A stretch of 18,509 nt of DNA, from contig CAZJUB010000052.1 of NCBI GenBank assembly GCA_964549075.1, positions 1 through 18,509 on the forward strand, given 5' to 3'. Below, piece after piece: positions 17,218 through 18,509 of the stretch (positions are counted from its first letter, which is position 1; every line of letters begins with the position of its first letter). The stretch is from an uncultured archaeon. GTDB lineage: Archaea > Asgardarchaeota > Heimdallarchaeia > Heimdallarchaeales > Heimdallarchaeaceae. Under the pieces are notes generated by a model. The model was given only the letters and a program-made list of their open reading frames with translations, had not been told where the DNA came from and ran no database searches. Position numbers and translations under genes: made by a program.

Positions 17218-17385
17218 TTTCTATATTCTTTTTTACTTGTTTTTTGAAAATTACTTATGCTATTTGTACTAGGACAATCCTAAATGTTAAATACCTCGTT
17301 CATATTATTATTTGAACAGAACTGACGTGGGGTTCAAAAACAGAATACGTTCAGATTCTGTTACTCTCATGAAAGGGGTCAGAAA

Positions 17386-17940
17386 ATGAGCATGTTTGCA
17401 TCTTTATTTTCGAGAACAAAACAAGAGAAAAAAGCTAAAGTTTTAATTCTTGGTTTAGCAGCAGCTGGTAAGACTACATTAACTAAATATTTACGATATG
17501 GAGAATATGTTGCTGATACAATGCCAACAATAGGGCAAAATGTGGATTCTCTTGAATATGAAGGATGGAGGATAACAACCATTGATGTAGCAGGGCAACA
17601 AGACTTTAGGTTTCTATGGGATGCACATTATCCTGGAACTTCAGCAGTGATTTTTGTTATAGACGCAGCTGATATAGAAGCACTTCCCGAAGCTCGAGAT
17701 ATTCTAAAGAAACACGTTTTTAATAATCCTCAATTATCAGATGTTCCAGTTTTAATTATTGCAAACAAACAAGATTTAGCAGGAGCTGTAGAAGCACCAT
17801 TACTTATACAACTTCTTGGCTTGCATTTAGAAATGACTGATAGAACTTTTGCTGTCTTTGATGCAAGTATTCTTTATGGAAGTGGAGTTGTAGAAGCATT
17901 TTCTTGGGTAGTAAATCAGTTAGAATTGAAGAAAAATTAA
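17386..17940 (+). CDS. Arf/Sar-family-like small GTPase
   Basis: KVLILGLAAAGKTT, TMPTIGQNV, DVAGQ, FRFLW, VIFVIDAAD, ANKQDL, GVVEAFSW. N-terminal MFASLFS amphipathic-looking segment. Confidence 0.92.
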   Translation: MSMFASLFSRTKQEKKAKVLILGLAAAGKTTLTKYLRYGEYVADTMPTIGQNVDSLEYEGWRITTIDVAGQQDFRFLWDAHYPGTSAVIFVIDAADIEALPEARDILKKHVFNNPQLSDVPVLIIANKQDLAGAVEAPLLIQLLGLHLEMTDRTFAVFDASILYGSGVVEAFSWVVNQLELKKN

Positions 17941-17952
17941 TCCTACTCTAAA

Positions 17953-17970
17953 ATTTTTTTCCTTTTATTT
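17953..17970 (+). terminator. Oligo-T terminator after the Arf-like gene
   Basis: TTTTTTTCCTTTTATTT shortly after the stop codon. Confidence 0.45.
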
Positions 17971-18026
17971 CATATAGATTTATTAAGGCATAGAGAGAAA
18001 AATAATCTAAATAAATCTGTGATTTT

Positions 18027-18509
18027 ATGTTCAGTAGTAAGTTAAGTAACAGTGAGAAATTATCATATGCCTTTGTTGTGTTTCTAATATCTGGGTTGTT
18101 GGTAGCTACCTGTTGTGTAACAGCTCAAAAACAGTCACCATCATTCTGTCTCCCTTCTCTTTTAAAAATAGAAAATATTGATAATAATAGTCAAGTTGAG
18201 CTTTCACAAGATTTGACTGATGCAATAGAAATGAGAAGTTTAATTCTATCAATTATTCTTGGACAATATGCTAAGTATAATTTAGTGGGTATGACTTATT
18301 CTGTTGTTAAAGATGGTACTTTATTAGTCTCTGGAGGATATGGTTCAAGCAATATTACAGCATCAACACTAGTTGATCCTAACAATACCTTATTTCGAGT
18401 TGGATCCATTTCTAAGACATTTATAGCTATTTCAATATTGCAGTTGATGGAGGATGGTTTAATTGATCTAGATGCAGATGTTAATACTTACTTAACTTCT
18501 TTTAAGATA
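18027..18509 (+). CDS. Beta-lactamase-family (SxxK) serine hydrolase with N-terminal signal/TM segment, 3'-truncated; absent from the ORF track
   Basis: MFSSKLSNSEKLSYAFVVFLISGLLVATCC...GMTYSVVKDG...GGYG...DPNNTLFRVGSISKTF...LQLMEDGLIDLDADVNTYL. The frame is open to the window end. Confidence 0.9.
   Translation, partial: MFSSKLSNSEKLSYAFVVFLISGLLVATCCVTAQKQSPSFCLPSLLKIENIDNNSQVELSQDLTDAIEMRSLILSIILGQYAKYNLVGMTYSVVKDGTLLVSGGYGSSNITASTLVDPNNTLFRVGSISKTFIAISILQLMEDGLIDLDADVNTYLTSFKI

Noticed and set aside
14237-17582. ORFs 14237-14428, 15361-15543, 15733-16014, 17379-17582
   Set aside because: They overlap well-supported genes in other frames or strands and show no motifs.
1-18509. CRISPR arrays, tRNA/rRNA genes, IS elements or integrases
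   Set aside because: No regularly spaced repeats, GC-rich structural RNA or transposase/integrase motifs were seen by eye; intergenic spaces are short.

Overview
AT-rich archaeal chromosomal window, most likely from an Asgard archaeon. This is inferred from an Arf-like and a Rag-like small GTPase, archaeal Nre with a C-terminal PIP box, TATA/BRE-type promoters and GGTGA/GGAGGT ribosome-binding sites. The left part holds the 3' end of a very large type I PKS/FAS-like megasynthase, open from base 3 and truncated by the window edge. Its visible domains are KS - ACP - ACP - KR - DH - fused Sfp-type PPTase, and both ACPs carry Thr in place of the phosphopantetheine-accepting Ser. An alpha/beta hydrolase (candidate thioesterase) is translationally coupled downstream, and a biotin carboxylase + biotin carrier pair converges on it. 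Together these form a candidate ACP-based fatty-acid/polyketide system in an archaeon. The rest encodes a YcaQ-like DNA glycosylase, PmbA/TldD, Nre, a Rag-like GTPase, two VOC proteins, a tungsten aldehyde:ferredoxin oxidoreductase, an Arf-like GTPase and a truncated beta-lactamase-family serine hydrolase. An unannotated pseudogene remnant of a second Arf-like paralog lies in the spacer before the intact Arf-like gene.
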